IMG/VR virus record: IMGVR_UViG_3300032326_000597
Location: 1-61,640 of that record
Strand: one strand, 5' to 3'
Origin: a virus
Taxonomy: Duplodnaviria > Caudoviricetes
Length of the DNA: 61,640 nt
The stretch's first letter is position 1, and each line of letters starts with the position of its first letter. Shown here in pieces: positions 46,076 to 57,000 of the stretch. The notes under the pieces were generated by a model that did no database searches, was not told the origin of the DNA, and was given only the letters and a program-made list of their open reading frames with translations. The position numbers and the translations under genes are program-made.

Positions 46076-49000
46076 ATGAACGAGAATCAGTTAAAGTTCC
46101 TTTGGGATAATTACGCAAACAATAAGGGTTTCAATGGCTATGATGAGTTTAAGTCTTTAATGGCTAACAACAATAGTCGTAAAGTGTTTTTTGAAAACTC
46201 TAATAAGGAGCTTGGATTCAAAGACTATAATGAATTTGAGAGTATTCTTGGTGTAAAAAAAAAAGACGGTACACAAGCCGCTTCTGGTCAGCCTGTACAG
46301 CAGCCTGGTCAGCCTTCTGCGCCGAGTTTTGGCCAGAAAGTAGTAACACAAGCGTTTACTAGCGGAGAGCCGATCATGACTAAGGGCGTTCAAAAGAAGC
46401 CCATCGAGAAAAGACCCTATCAAGATATTTATTACAAGCCTGAAGCACAACCGTCTGAAACTACTCAGGCCGTGGAGACTCCTGTTATTAAGGCTGCAAA
46501 GCAAGACTTTAAGCAAACACAACTAAAGTCACCCGTAAAAGCACCCGTTACTCCTGAGGGTATACAAGAACTTGAAGAGAAGATCAAGGAGCCGGACAAG
46601 ACATTCCTCAAATTCCAAGACTATCAAACAAGCATTGAAGACTTAGATGAACTGGAGGAGTTGTATGATGAAGATTTATCCGCGTTTCAATCCAAGATAA
46701 GTAGACGGCCTGATCTATACGCTAAATATTCGGGTAGAAACGAACAGGAAGTTGCTGACTTCTTTGATGCGCTTTCTGATGACTCAAACCCATACAGACG
46801 TAATGAAGCTCAGGCTCAGTATAAAGCCGAGTCTAATGCGTTGTATGAGAACTTTGTAAAGGATTACAAATCACTAAAATCAAAGCACGGTCAAATAACA
46901 TCCGACCTGGGTGTTATGACCGATAAGTTGATTAGTGATGTGGTCAATGAAAAAACTTACAAAAAATTTTTAGCGAAAAGAGAATTTGCTGTTGGCCCCA
47001 CAAACGCAGAGGCTTCGTTTGGCGAGGTAATTAGCATTGATGATGTTGACAAGGCCGCTACAGAAATAGTTGATAGGTACGGATTACCCACGGACGGAGA
47101 GGCATGGAGACTTGTGAAGAATAAGATTAAGGGTGAAGTTTTTAATCAGTACATGAAACCTAAGGTTAATGAAGAACTGAAGAAAACAAACCCAGAGCTT
47201 TTAGCTAAGAGACAACAAATGTTTGATGCCGGCTTCAAGGCTGATGATGATATTTATGCTAAGGCAGACTCGGTATTGATTGCACTTCAAAGTCAATATG
47301 AACAAGACGCCAAGGCTGAAATGGATTTGATAAACTCAGAGTACGTAGGTGCTTCTGACAAACTAAATCAGGTTTATCAAACGGCTGTTGCCAATATAGA
47401 AAAACAACAATCCGCTTTAAATGATGCATACAAGAGTGGTAAAATAGATCAGCTTGATTATGAGTCTGCTTTTACTAAACTTGAAGATGACAAAAAGCTA
47501 TATTATGATGAGTACCAAAAGAATTATCCAAGCTACGACCAATATGTCAAGAAATCTAATGAGATAAACTCTAGGTATAATAGGAAGTTTGAGATACAGA
47601 AAAAATTAATTACAGACAAGGCCCAAGCAGAATTAGAAGCGGCATATAAAAAGTATTCCGAAACATATGAAGAGGACCCTAAGCTTCTTGAAGAATTAAA
47701 CAATGCATACAAGGTTGCATATGACAATGTTGTAAAGCAACAGGGAGATGTAATGAAGATGGGTGCTAGTATATCAGCGAACCCGCTTAGCTCTCTTTAC
47801 AATTCAACAATGAGTGCGGTTGGTGGCGTGTTCAAGGGATGGGGTGGATCGATGGGTAGCAAGTCACTAGAGCTGCTTGGTGAGACCATGGAGCAAAACT
47901 TTATGATGCCTGCCCCAAGAACTGAGGATTTTTCCGACTGGGCAGACCCTCAAAACCTATCCATGATAACAGGTAACGTGATAGGTTCAGCGGGATTATC
48001 TATGATTCCAACGGCAGCAGCAGCGGTTGGAACCGCATACGCAACCGGAGGTTTGGGACTCCCTGCGTCCGTTAATATGGTAACTTCAGGTATTGTAGGC
48101 GCATTGGTTCAATGGGGAGCTGAAACCATTGATACCGGAGGAAGATCTTATCTTGATGTTTTTGAAAGAAGCGGCGGCGATGTAGCGAGAGCAAATCAAG
48201 CCGCCAAAAGATCAGTCAAATCTCAGTTCGATATAATCGGGTTATACTCATTTGAGGCATTACCATTTATTGGAAAGGCTTTGAAGTTTATCCCCACACA
48301 AGTCGCTAGGGCGGGTGTTGGCGCCGTTGTAGAAACTACAACGGAATTTACTCAGGAGATTAGACAAGGTATTGCCGAGGAGAATATCGTGGAGTTCGAG
48401 CGTGACCCATGGTACAATTTTGACGAGGCTATAAACGATGAGAGAAGAAGAAAACAAACCTTAATCTCAATAGGCCCTGTCGGCATCTTGGGAGGTGCTG
48501 GGCAGATTGGCTCTAAGTCAATTTATCAAGAGCGAAGAGATGCGGCTATTGCCCAACAGCAAAAGTCAGCACTGGTTACTGCGCTTCCAGATCAAAGAAG
48601 ACAGTACATTCAAAACATGGTGTTTAACAGAAACGGCAAGTTCGCCAATGCTGTTATAGCATCGTTGTACGCATCAGGAAAGATAGATGAGAAAACATCT
48701 GCCGACATGATGCTCGAAATCAAAAGAGCTGAACAAATCAAGGAGGCTGGCAAGTCCGCTGGGCTGAGTGGTTCGAAACTAAACATCTACGGATTCTATT
48801 CAGCAAGGGCTGAGGAGGCTGAAAGAAATGCAGGAAAGTTTGCGGCGGACCCTATACTCTCTAAGGTGTATGAGGACATGGCAAAGCAATATCGTGATGC
48901 TGGTGTTGAATTTATGAATGGCAAAAGTCCTGATCTGTTGACGCTGACTTACGCGGACGGGTCACAAGCCATTATGCTGCCGGAGGATGTTAATGCCCTC

Positions 49001-52000
49001 TTCTCTGATCCTATAGCTCTTTCTCTTTTGAATGATAAGTCTATATCGATAGAGGCATATGATGAAAATGGTCAAGGGCCAAAAATAATTGAAGAACTAG
49101 GCCAACGTGCTGAGACATATGCTAAGAAGAATAGGTACACGGAGGCTTCTAAGTTTTCATCACCTATGCAGGGGCTGCGTCAAAACATTAGCGACAGAAT
49201 CCAGCAGCTGTATGCCATGAGGGCTGACTTGAATGAAAGACAAAAGCAGCAGGAGGCGGAAAGAATAAGACAAGAAGAAACTGCCGCATTTGAGCAGAAG
49301 CAAATGCAGAGACAGCAGCAAGAGTCTGGGGAAAGGGATTTGGAGATTGAGAGACTGCAACAGCAAAGAATGGCGTTAGGCATAGATGACGTCACCGCCT
49401 TCTTTAGCGACATGAAGCCGTTGGTAGCAACAATGGTTGAAAGAATGGAGGCTGGTCAATCCGCCCCACAGTCCGGTATAAAGGCAGCGTCTGACTATCT
49501 GTACTCAAAGTACAAGGAGTTGACAGCAATGAAGTCTGACCCTAACAGGATGATGACCATTGCTCAGATTGAATCCATACAGGCTCAGTTAGAACAAGAT
49601 TTACAAACCTTGGCGGGGAATCCTCCGTCACAAAAAACACAAGTCAATGATCAAGAAAACATCCAAGGGGTATCAGGTGAAGTCGGAGTCGGGCAAGAAC
49701 CTGTCACAACCGAACCTGTCGAAGTCCCAAGCGCAGAAACGCCTGAAGCAGGTGGAGTACTTCAAGCACAAAGGGAAGAAATAGACCCTAGGAAAATTGC
49801 AGTAGAAAAAGCTCAAAATCAATTAGATGGAGTAAACTCTAGAATAAATCCAAAGGCTAATCATCCACTTTTTAATGTTGGACAAAAGCATGATCCTGGT
49901 AATAAACTTATAGTAACAAACAGTGAAGACAGGCGAACCGACACGACTAAAGATGGCGTAGAGGTAATAACTAAAATACTTTCCCCAGCTGAAGTGGATG
50001 AGAACGGTAGAATGACTAAGGCCGCTGAAGTGGAGATAGGTATATTTGATTCGTATGAACAGGCACAGGAGTATGTAAATAGCCAGTACAATAAATATAA
50101 GGCTATAGCGGATGAAAAATTAGCTAAAGCTAAAGCAGAGCTAGCCGCCGTAGAGGCCCCTAAAACACAAGAAGAAGTAACTCCTGAAGCTGCCTCTGAA
50201 GTTAAGCAGCCTGAGATTGCAAAAGATATATACGTAGGAAGCATAACTCAAACTAGTTTGGGCTGGGAGTCAGCTACCGAAGACCAAGGTCCTGGGGATA
50301 TGAGGCAACTCAGTTATACAGCTAATTCTGGAGTGGAGGTCACAAAGGGTGAGGATGGTAAAACATACGCCGTAGCATTCACTACAAAGTCAAGCGATGG
50401 CAAGAAAAGCCTTACCGACATAAGCGGAAGACCAGGATTCTTCTCTGTGTCGGTCAATATCCCAGACGGAGCGACTCAGGAACAGATTGACAAAGCAAAA
50501 CAAAAGGCTTCAGAGCAACTCAGTTTGTTGCACCCATTCATCAAAGCTCAGAAGGGCGGAATGAACAACACATCTGTGTTGAAAAAAGTGCTGAGTGGTG
50601 AAGTAAAAATAAAACCAACAACTACAGCGGGCGGCGTATCTCAAGCAAAACAAGCCGCCCCTCAAGTAGAAGAAGCAGCTCCAGCTAAAAAAGAGAAAGC
50701 TCCAGAGACAAAGCCTGAAGTCAAAACCGAACCCGTCTTTAACGACGATATAAAAACAAACTTTAAGCCTTCTGAAAATCTGTTATTTAACCAAGGGGGC
50801 TTTGATAATCTTCAGAGTCAAATAGGTGTTGATCCAGATATAAAGACTAAGTACGTACAGTCTAAGGGGGTTAGTACTGCTGCCGGAAGAAGAAAAACTT
50901 TATCAAACAACTTGACGGATGCTTTGAGAAAGATAGGCCGCGTATTTGAAGGTGAAAAGATTGACCTGCGTGGTATGTCTGAACAGGCAATTATTGACTA
51001 CGCAAACACGCTTGATGAAATAGCGACAAAGAACGAAAGGTTTGGTGGCAAGAGAGCAACCATAACCAAGTCATCTAACTTTGGAAGAGACGTTGAAGAG
51101 TTTGACGGTCGCGTTATTGGTTATGGAAGCTTTGGTGTTCGCATAATTACTGATGGCGGCGCGATTATAGAAGGTAAGAAATTTTCTGATTACACTCCAA
51201 AAACTGAACAGAAGCCAGTATCCGAGGTCAAAGAAGCGCCTAAGGGTAAACCAGGCCGCCGTGAAAGATTAGCCAAACTATTTGAAGAACCTAAGGTAGA
51301 AGTTGTGCCTACTGAAGAGGCAGGGGTGGAAGCTGCTCCTGAAATGACTCCTGAAGAGATTAGAATCAATATGAAGCCAATCACAGATGAGATGGCTAAC
51401 ATTGAAATGGAGTTTGCTAATAACGGGTATTCTATTGACTGGGATTACGACAATGAGATAATCATCACCGATAAAAACGGGGAGATAGTAGACGCTGAAG
51501 AATTACCTAAAAAACTTCTACCTCTTGCCGCTCAATACGAAAAGGCGACAGCCGGCCTTGCAGGGTATGATTTCGATTCATATCGAAAAGCCCTTGAGCA
51601 ATCAAGAAAGGATGTTGGCGGAATAGAAACTGAGTTTGAAGAAGTAAAACCACTAGCAATAACCGAAAAGAAAACAGAGAAAGCCCCAGCAAAGCCGTTT
51701 GCCAACATCAAAAATTTGTTCAAGAAAGGATTTGGCGGCAAGAGGGTTTCAGAAAGAGAGGCTTTTTCCTTGAACAAAGAGTTAAACACCCTTATAGAAA
51801 AAGCTGAAAAAGAGAACGGTGTTCAACGTGATAATCTTAAACTCGCTACCTGGAAAACAAATGACGGCTACACTATAACCGAGTTTTTTGAAAATAAGAG
51901 AGGAGGAACAAGAGTCATCACTCCAGAAGGCGAGGAGATAAACCTGTATGATAATAAATACAAGTACGAAACTGGCCAAGAAATATCATATTTCCCAGAG

Positions 52001-53548
52001 GCGGCACTAGCAACTACTGAAAAGGCGACGGAGGAGGCTCCGCAGCCAAAACCCCAAGCGGCTCAGACAGAAATGCAGATGCCTGAACGGGTTGTTGTTG
52101 AAAAGAACAATGAAAACATAAATTCACTTATAGCCAAAAAGAGTCGTTATAATTCATTGCCAAAAACAAAAAAGGCAATTGGAGCAAATTTGCTTGAAAA
52201 GATAAAGCAGGAGGCGGCTGATATGGGCTTTAGTGTAATAACCACTTCGGGGTTAAACATAAAAATAGTAGATGCTCAAACTAGAAAGCCAATATCAAAA
52301 AGAGGAGTTTCAAGGACCTCTAACAAAGAGTATATACAAAAGAAAAGAGAAGCGCAATCATTAGCCGAAACAGGACAGCTAGGTTTAAGGGCAAGCATTT
52401 TAAATTACTTCATAGGTGGCAAAAAAATTAAGTCTAGTCAATCTGAACTTGGGGAAGGGTCTGCGGAGATAAAGTCAGCCGAAAGAAAAGGTCTCGTTTC
52501 TGCATCTGCGGAAAGCATAGATGGGGTAGCTGGAGATATTATTAGCAATATCTATGGCGATATAGAAAACGCTCCTGAAGGCATGGAGGACAATGTAATT
52601 ACTGAATTGCAGGACGTTCTTGCCACCCATGAAGATAGAGTGAGTATGGAGGAAGAATTGTTTGACTTGTATGAAAAGTTAATCAAGGATCAAGAGGAGG
52701 CGGCAAGATACAATACGGCGGAAGATGCTGATAGCGCAATGGATGAAGGATTGCTTGATGAGGATTCTCTTGTTGAGTATTACGAAACACAATCTCAGAT
52801 AAATAAATTAACAGAAAATGAACAAGAAAAACTATACAGGGAACTCTACCCAGAAGCCTTTGAGCAAGAGGCAGAAGGCACTAGTGGCATGGGCGATGTT
52901 GAAGGATCTACGCGAGAAGGGAGAGGGGCAGAAAAATCTAAATCGAAAAGACTCCAAAGGGCAGAAGAACTAAGGGCAAAGGCTCAAGATTTAAGAGACG
53001 CTTCAGGCGGAACGCTTATGGCGGGTCCAAAGTTACTTGCTGCCGCATACGAAGCTTACGCGACTATTCTTGAAACCACCGAAAGCATTATTGAGGCAAT
53101 CAAGAAGTTCAAGGGAACAAAAGAATACAAAGACCTCGATGTTAACGGCAAGAAGGAACTAGACGTTGTTCTTGCCACCGACGCGGTTGAAGAAGAGATT
53201 TCTTCGGGGAGAGATCCTCAAGAGGCTGTTGATGATTTAATCGGAAGTCAAGACTGGTATGGCGATTTGAGTGACGCTCAGAAAGAACAGTTGAATGAAA
53301 TCCTTCAAGACGATTTTGGAGTTACGGTAAGCGAGCCAAAGCAAGTGACGCCACTTGGGGAACAGATTTCAAGCATTGTTGATAATTACTACAAGCTCAA
53401 GGACAAAACGCCTGGAGCAAGGGATGCTATCAACGAAATTTTGGACGCTGACCCAAAGTTGAAGTATATTTACGACAATATTCGCAAGATTAACAAGCAG
53501 CTGCAAGAAGCAGGTGTGATAACAGATAAAACCGACGGTTGCCCGTAA
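46076..53548 (+). CDS. giant (2490 aa) internal virion/ejection protein, polyvalent-like
   Basis: Helical N-part, G/A-rich hydrophobic segment, acidic linkers between small domains. Confidence 0.75.
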   Translation: MNENQLKFLWDNYANNKGFNGYDEFKSLMANNNSRKVFFENSNKELGFKDYNEFESILGVKKKDGTQAASGQPVQQPGQPSAPSFGQKVVTQAFTSGEPIMTKGVQKKPIEKRPYQDIYYKPEAQPSETTQAVETPVIKAAKQDFKQTQLKSPVKAPVTPEGIQELEEKIKEPDKTFLKFQDYQTSIEDLDELEELYDEDLSAFQSKISRRPDLYAKYSGRNEQEVADFFDALSDDSNPYRRNEAQAQYKAESNALYENFVKDYKSLKSKHGQITSDLGVMTDKLISDVVNEKTYKKFLAKREFAVGPTNAEASFGEVISIDDVDKAATEIVDRYGLPTDGEAWRLVKNKIKGEVFNQYMKPKVNEELKKTNPELLAKRQQMFDAGFKADDDIYAKADSVLIALQSQYEQDAKAEMDLINSEYVGASDKLNQVYQTAVANIEKQQSALNDAYKSGKIDQLDYESAFTKLEDDKKLYYDEYQKNYPSYDQYVKKSNEINSRYNRKFEIQKKLITDKAQAELEAAYKKYSETYEEDPKLLEELNNAYKVAYDNVVKQQGDVMKMGASISANPLSSLYNSTMSAVGGVFKGWGGSMGSKSLELLGETMEQNFMMPAPRTEDFSDWADPQNLSMITGNVIGSAGLSMIPTAAAAVGTAYATGGLGLPASVNMVTSGIVGALVQWGAETIDTGGRSYLDVFERSGGDVARANQAAKRSVKSQFDIIGLYSFEALPFIGKALKFIPTQVARAGVGAVVETTTEFTQEIRQGIAEENIVEFERDPWYNFDEAINDERRRKQTLISIGPVGILGGAGQIGSKSIYQERRDAAIAQQQKSALVTALPDQRRQYIQNMVFNRNGKFANAVIASLYASGKIDEKTSADMMLEIKRAEQIKEAGKSAGLSGSKLNIYGFYSARAEEAERNAGKFAADPILSKVYEDMAKQYRDAGVEFMNGKSPDLLTLTYADGSQAIMLPEDVNALFSDPIALSLLNDKSISIEAYDENGQGPKIIEELGQRAETYAKKNRYTEASKFSSPMQGLRQNISDRIQQLYAMRADLNERQKQQEAERIRQEETAAFEQKQMQRQQQESGERDLEIERLQQQRMALGIDDVTAFFSDMKPLVATMVERMEAGQSAPQSGIKAASDYLYSKYKELTAMKSDPNRMMTIAQIESIQAQLEQDLQTLAGNPPSQKTQVNDQENIQGVSGEVGVGQEPVTTEPVEVPSAETPEAGGVLQAQREEIDPRKIAVEKAQNQLDGVNSRINPKANHPLFNVGQKHDPGNKLIVTNSEDRRTDTTKDGVEVITKILSPAEVDENGRMTKAAEVEIGIFDSYEQAQEYVNSQYNKYKAIADEKLAKAKAELAAVEAPKTQEEVTPEAASEVKQPEIAKDIYVGSITQTSLGWESATEDQGPGDMRQLSYTANSGVEVTKGEDGKTYAVAFTTKSSDGKKSLTDISGRPGFFSVSVNIPDGATQEQIDKAKQKASEQLSLLHPFIKAQKGGMNNTSVLKKVLSGEVKIKPTTTAGGVSQAKQAAPQVEEAAPAKKEKAPETKPEVKTEPVFNDDIKTNFKPSENLLFNQGGFDNLQSQIGVDPDIKTKYVQSKGVSTAAGRRKTLSNNLTDALRKIGRVFEGEKIDLRGMSEQAIIDYANTLDEIATKNERFGGKRATITKSSNFGRDVEEFDGRVIGYGSFGVRIITDGGAIIEGKKFSDYTPKTEQKPVSEVKEAPKGKPGRRERLAKLFEEPKVEVVPTEEAGVEAAPEMTPEEIRINMKPITDEMANIEMEFANNGYSIDWDYDNEIIITDKNGEIVDAEELPKKLLPLAAQYEKATAGLAGYDFDSYRKALEQSRKDVGGIETEFEEVKPLAITEKKTEKAPAKPFANIKNLFKKGFGGKRVSEREAFSLNKELNTLIEKAEKENGVQRDNLKLATWKTNDGYTITEFFENKRGGTRVITPEGEEINLYDNKYKYETGQEISYFPEAALATTEKATEEAPQPKPQAAQTEMQMPERVVVEKNNENINSLIAKKSRYNSLPKTKKAIGANLLEKIKQEAADMGFSVITTSGLNIKIVDAQTRKPISKRGVSRTSNKEYIQKKREAQSLAETGQLGLRASILNYFIGGKKIKSSQSELGEGSAEIKSAERKGLVSASAESIDGVAGDIISNIYGDIENAPEGMEDNVITELQDVLATHEDRVSMEEELFDLYEKLIKDQEEAARYNTAEDADSAMDEGLLDEDSLVEYYETQSQINKLTENEQEKLYRELYPEAFEQEAEGTSGMGDVEGSTREGRGAEKSKSKRLQRAEELRAKAQDLRDASGGTLMAGPKLLAAAYEAYATILETTESIIEAIKKFKGTKEYKDLDVNGKKELDVVLATDAVEEEISSGRDPQEAVDDLIGSQDWYGDLSDAQKEQLNEILQDDFGVTVSEPKQVTPLGEQISSIVDNYYKLKDKTPGARDAINEILDADPKLKYIYDNIRKINKQLQEAGVITDKTDGCP
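49647..49784 (+). CDS. 45 aa basic protein nested in the +1 frame of the giant gene
   Basis: MIKKTSKGYQVKSESGKNLSQPNLSKSQAQKRLKQVEYFKHKGKK; A-rich leader; resembles a free-standing phage family. Confidence 0.7.
   Translation: MIKKTSKGYQVKSESGKNLSQPNLSKSQAQKRLKQVEYFKHKGKK
52818..52973 (+). CDS. 51 aa basic protein nested in the +1 frame of the giant gene
   Basis: MNKKNYTGNSTQKPLSKRQKALVAWAMLKDLREKGEGQKNLNRKDSKGQKN; aaataaattaacagaaa leader. Confidence 0.45.
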   Translation: MNKKNYTGNSTQKPLSKRQKALVAWAMLKDLREKGEGQKNLNRKDSKGQKN

Positions 53549-53554
53549 TAAAAC

Positions 53555-54046
53555 ATGAAACCTTATAGCTTAGACAAAGGTGTAGTAGACCTACTAGCTC
53601 CACGCCATCTTGACGAGATGGATGCATTTTACTTCTATCGTGCCGCCAGCAACTGGTGTCAGGGTGTTGGATACTTCAAGGCAGCTGCCTTTTTCGCGGC
53701 TGAGTCTCAGGACGAACTCGAACACGCGGCCAAGATTGAAAAGTACTTGGTGGACTGGAACATCACCGTTCCACTTCCCACTGTACCCAAGCCACGTGTA
53801 GACTTCTCCGGGCTTCTTGAGGTGCTAGAGGAGGCGTACAAGATTGAGTACGATTTGTACGAGGCGTATGAAGACACGTCCAAGAAACTTTTCAACATGG
53901 ACCTTTGCACGTTTGACTTCTTGCAGCAGTTCCGTTTGATACAGACCAAGTCTGTGGCGGAATACAGCGACAAGCTTAACCTGCTTGAGGATGTGGATGG
54001 AAAGGATAAATTCAAGTTATTGCTTCTCGAAGAAAAATTGTTCTAA
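53555..54046 (+). CDS. non-heme ferritin (Ftn-like)
   Basis: E..A.Y.Y....WC...G....A.FF..ES.DE.EHA, E.AY.IE, D..TF.FLQ.F...Q. Confidence 0.9.
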   Translation: MKPYSLDKGVVDLLAPRHLDEMDAFYFYRAASNWCQGVGYFKAAAFFAAESQDELEHAAKIEKYLVDWNITVPLPTVPKPRVDFSGLLEVLEEAYKIEYDLYEAYEDTSKKLFNMDLCTFDFLQQFRLIQTKSVAEYSDKLNLLEDVDGKDKFKLLLLEEKLF

Positions 54047-57000
54047 TGGCGAAACCTTGTAAGGTAACTATAAAGATGCCGGGCGCTACTGTTGCGGAGG
54101 AAAAAACCTTTGAGCAGTACATGGAGATGCTCTATAACGGGGCGTTGCAGGAGCTTATCAACAACGACAAATTGAACGTTAACGCCCTCAAGGGTGATAA
54201 TCCGTTTAACGAGGCTCCTAAGACCACCAAGAAACAACCTAAAGAAAAGAAGAGCACGATGTCTGACTTTATGAAGTCAAGGCTGGGTGAGGCTTACGGC
54301 GACGTAAGGCAGAGGGCTTACGGAGAAAGGCTTGCAGAGCAACGAGGCATAGGTACTGAAGAGTATATTGCCATTGATCAAAGGGCCATGGAGGTTTTAG
54401 CAAACGAAAAGTTCGAGCAACTTAAAGCCCAATATGAAGCTGGAGAAACGGATATATTTAATGACTTATTAAGTGCATACGGAAACACAACCGAGAACGA
54501 ATGGATTGAAAACTCTGGGTTAAAGTATGAGTACTTAGTGGTTATGGCTAAGGCTGCTAACTACTTCTACGTGAAGGGCGACTATAAGATGGCCAAGAAG
54601 ATATATAATACTAAGGGTACATCAGGAACTACGGCGGGTCAAACAGTAGCTGCACTCGCAGCGGCGTCAACTCCAGAGCAGTTAGCAAACAGAATAATGG
54701 ACGAGGATAGTTCAAAGCGAAACTTCCTCAATCAGGTAACGTCAGGCGGAATGACTATTGGAGAGGCTATCACACAACTGCGTGAGATAGCAAAACTCAA
54801 CCAGGCCGAGGCAATCGCTATTGTTGCGGCTGCAATGCCAAAGGTTAAGAAGACGGCCACCGTTGTAACGGTCAAGCCGGAGTTTAAGGCTCAAAGAACC
54901 GCTAGTGTAAACGCAATCAAGGGTATTCTGGCAAAGAAGAGGACCCCAGGCCCACTTGCCTTGTCAAATTCAATTATAGTTGAGATAACTCCACACATCA
55001 GGGACCTTATTAGCTCATACATCGAGGAGGGTGCGTACTCGGCCAAGATGATTAAGAACAAGGTGTGGAGTCAAATCAAGGACGTACTGCCCGGTGAACG
55101 TACATCGATCGACCAAATCGTTGACGACAACATGGCCTCTTTCGATACCGATATTAAGAAGAACAAGGAGGCAAGCGCAACCAATCGTTTGGCCAAGGCG
55201 TTCGAGGGTATTGCTGATACAAGGAACATCAAGGACAAGGCCCTGAAGATGTTGTCCGACACGATTCTACAGAACGACCCTGAGTACGTCATGGCCAAGA
55301 GCCGTGGCGAGAAGGTGAAGGCAAAGGATAGGCTCAAGACAATTTTAAATAACAAGGCCCAGGTTGAGTCGATGGTGACCAAGGCCATGAATATTGCCAA
55401 GGCAAACGTAGACGCTAACGAGAAGTTAGATGCTGCGACCAAGATGGCAATCAAGAACGAGATTGACGCGCTAGTATCTGACCTGCTTGAGATGCCAATT
55501 GGTGGTGTAGAAAAAAGAGCCGCAGCCGCATCGCTTAGTAAGGAGGATATGGACAAGGAGATTGCTCGTATAGCCGCCGAACACATCACAAACCAAAACG
55601 CGGAAATACAAACCCTTGCAGAGGCAATGGTCGACAACCTTGGAATAGACCCGGCATACGCATCACAGCTACAGGCTGAAATCGAACCCTTGATTGCGGA
55701 GAAGGTTGATGAAAAAATCAAGGCCAAAAAGCAGAGCATAGACTCTATCATGCAGGGCATTAAGGACGCCGAGAGTGTGAAGAAGGGAGTTATCAGGGCT
55801 ATTGCTAAGGGGCAGGTTTCTGACTCTCAGTTTGAAACTGAACTTCTGAAGACACTTGGCTATAAGGGGATATCTCAAAGCGACATTGTGAAGTTGCAGG
55901 GATACTTTGATAGGCTGCAAGCACTCCAGCCCGGAGAGGAGTTGTACCAAGAGATTAACAGGTACATCAACGACATCCTTAGTGAGTACGACGAGACCAC
56001 TGCTGCACTTGTTGGCCGCTGGCTTACCGAGCAGTTCTATACGAACGCGCTTTCGGATATATTTAAGACGGCGATCATGGCCTCTGGTGTGGGTGCTGTA
56101 GTATCGAGCATTCAGCACGGTGCGTTCACGGCCCTTTACAACCCCGCTAGAATGGCCAGGGCGATTAAGTTTGCTAAAATGATGAGGGCCGAGGGCGCCA
56201 CAATGGGATGGGAAACCGTTGCCGCGAAGTGGGAAAAGCCACAGTCTAGGTTTGGTGAAACAACCATGCTTGAAAGACCTGAGGAAAAAGCTCACGGTGC
56301 AATATATCGTGTTACAAAGAAGGAGTACGCTCAGATACTAAGCGACTTCATAAACAAGAAGGGAGGCAGGAGAGCGCGTTACGCAACAGAAGCTTTTTTG
56401 AAGTCCTTTAGTCATTTAATGAGTTCAGGTTATAGAAAGCGCAAGTTCTTGCCTGCCATTTCAGAGATAAGTATGGTACTCATGAGCGCCCAGGATATAC
56501 TTATGGGCGGCGCCTTGCAAGACATTTACACCTACATCGAGGCTGAAAATTACCTCGACATGGTGAATAAGAAGTCAGGTGTCAAGATGAAGAAGGGGTC
56601 AGCGGTTTGGAATCAACAACTTAAGGAGCTTATACAGGCAGGTCCTGATCAGATAAACAATTTCAAAAACGAGGTTGCTCAAGAGGCGGCAGAAAGGATT
56701 GCCAACGGAGAGTCGTTACCGAAGGGTTGGTCAAAGAGAAAGCTTCGCGACAAGGTTCATAACGCAATGCCGAAGGAGGTTATCGACGAGATGGCTCACC
56801 AGGCCAGGAAGTCGCTCCTTCTTCAAAAACCGGAAACACTTGCTGGAGCAGCTGCGTTCAACCTCATATCCAAGGCAACTCCATTTCGAGATACGGACAA
56901 CCCGGTTGTTGCATTTGGAAGACTTACCCTGAGTACGGTGCTAGGCTTCATCCGATTAAACACGGTAATGGCGGAGTACTTCTACAAGTCCATACCTGTT

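Noticed and set aside
51437-51451. DWDYD in the giant protein as a virion RNA polymerase DxDxD site
   Set aside because: It sits in a short acidic domain between low-complexity linkers with no recognisable double-psi-barrel context; an HHpred search would be needed to revive it.
55071-56295. Long minus-strand ORFs (229 and 208 aa) and similar shadows elsewhere
   Set aside because: They are antisense shadows of strongly coding genes, with no leaders or protein-like composition.
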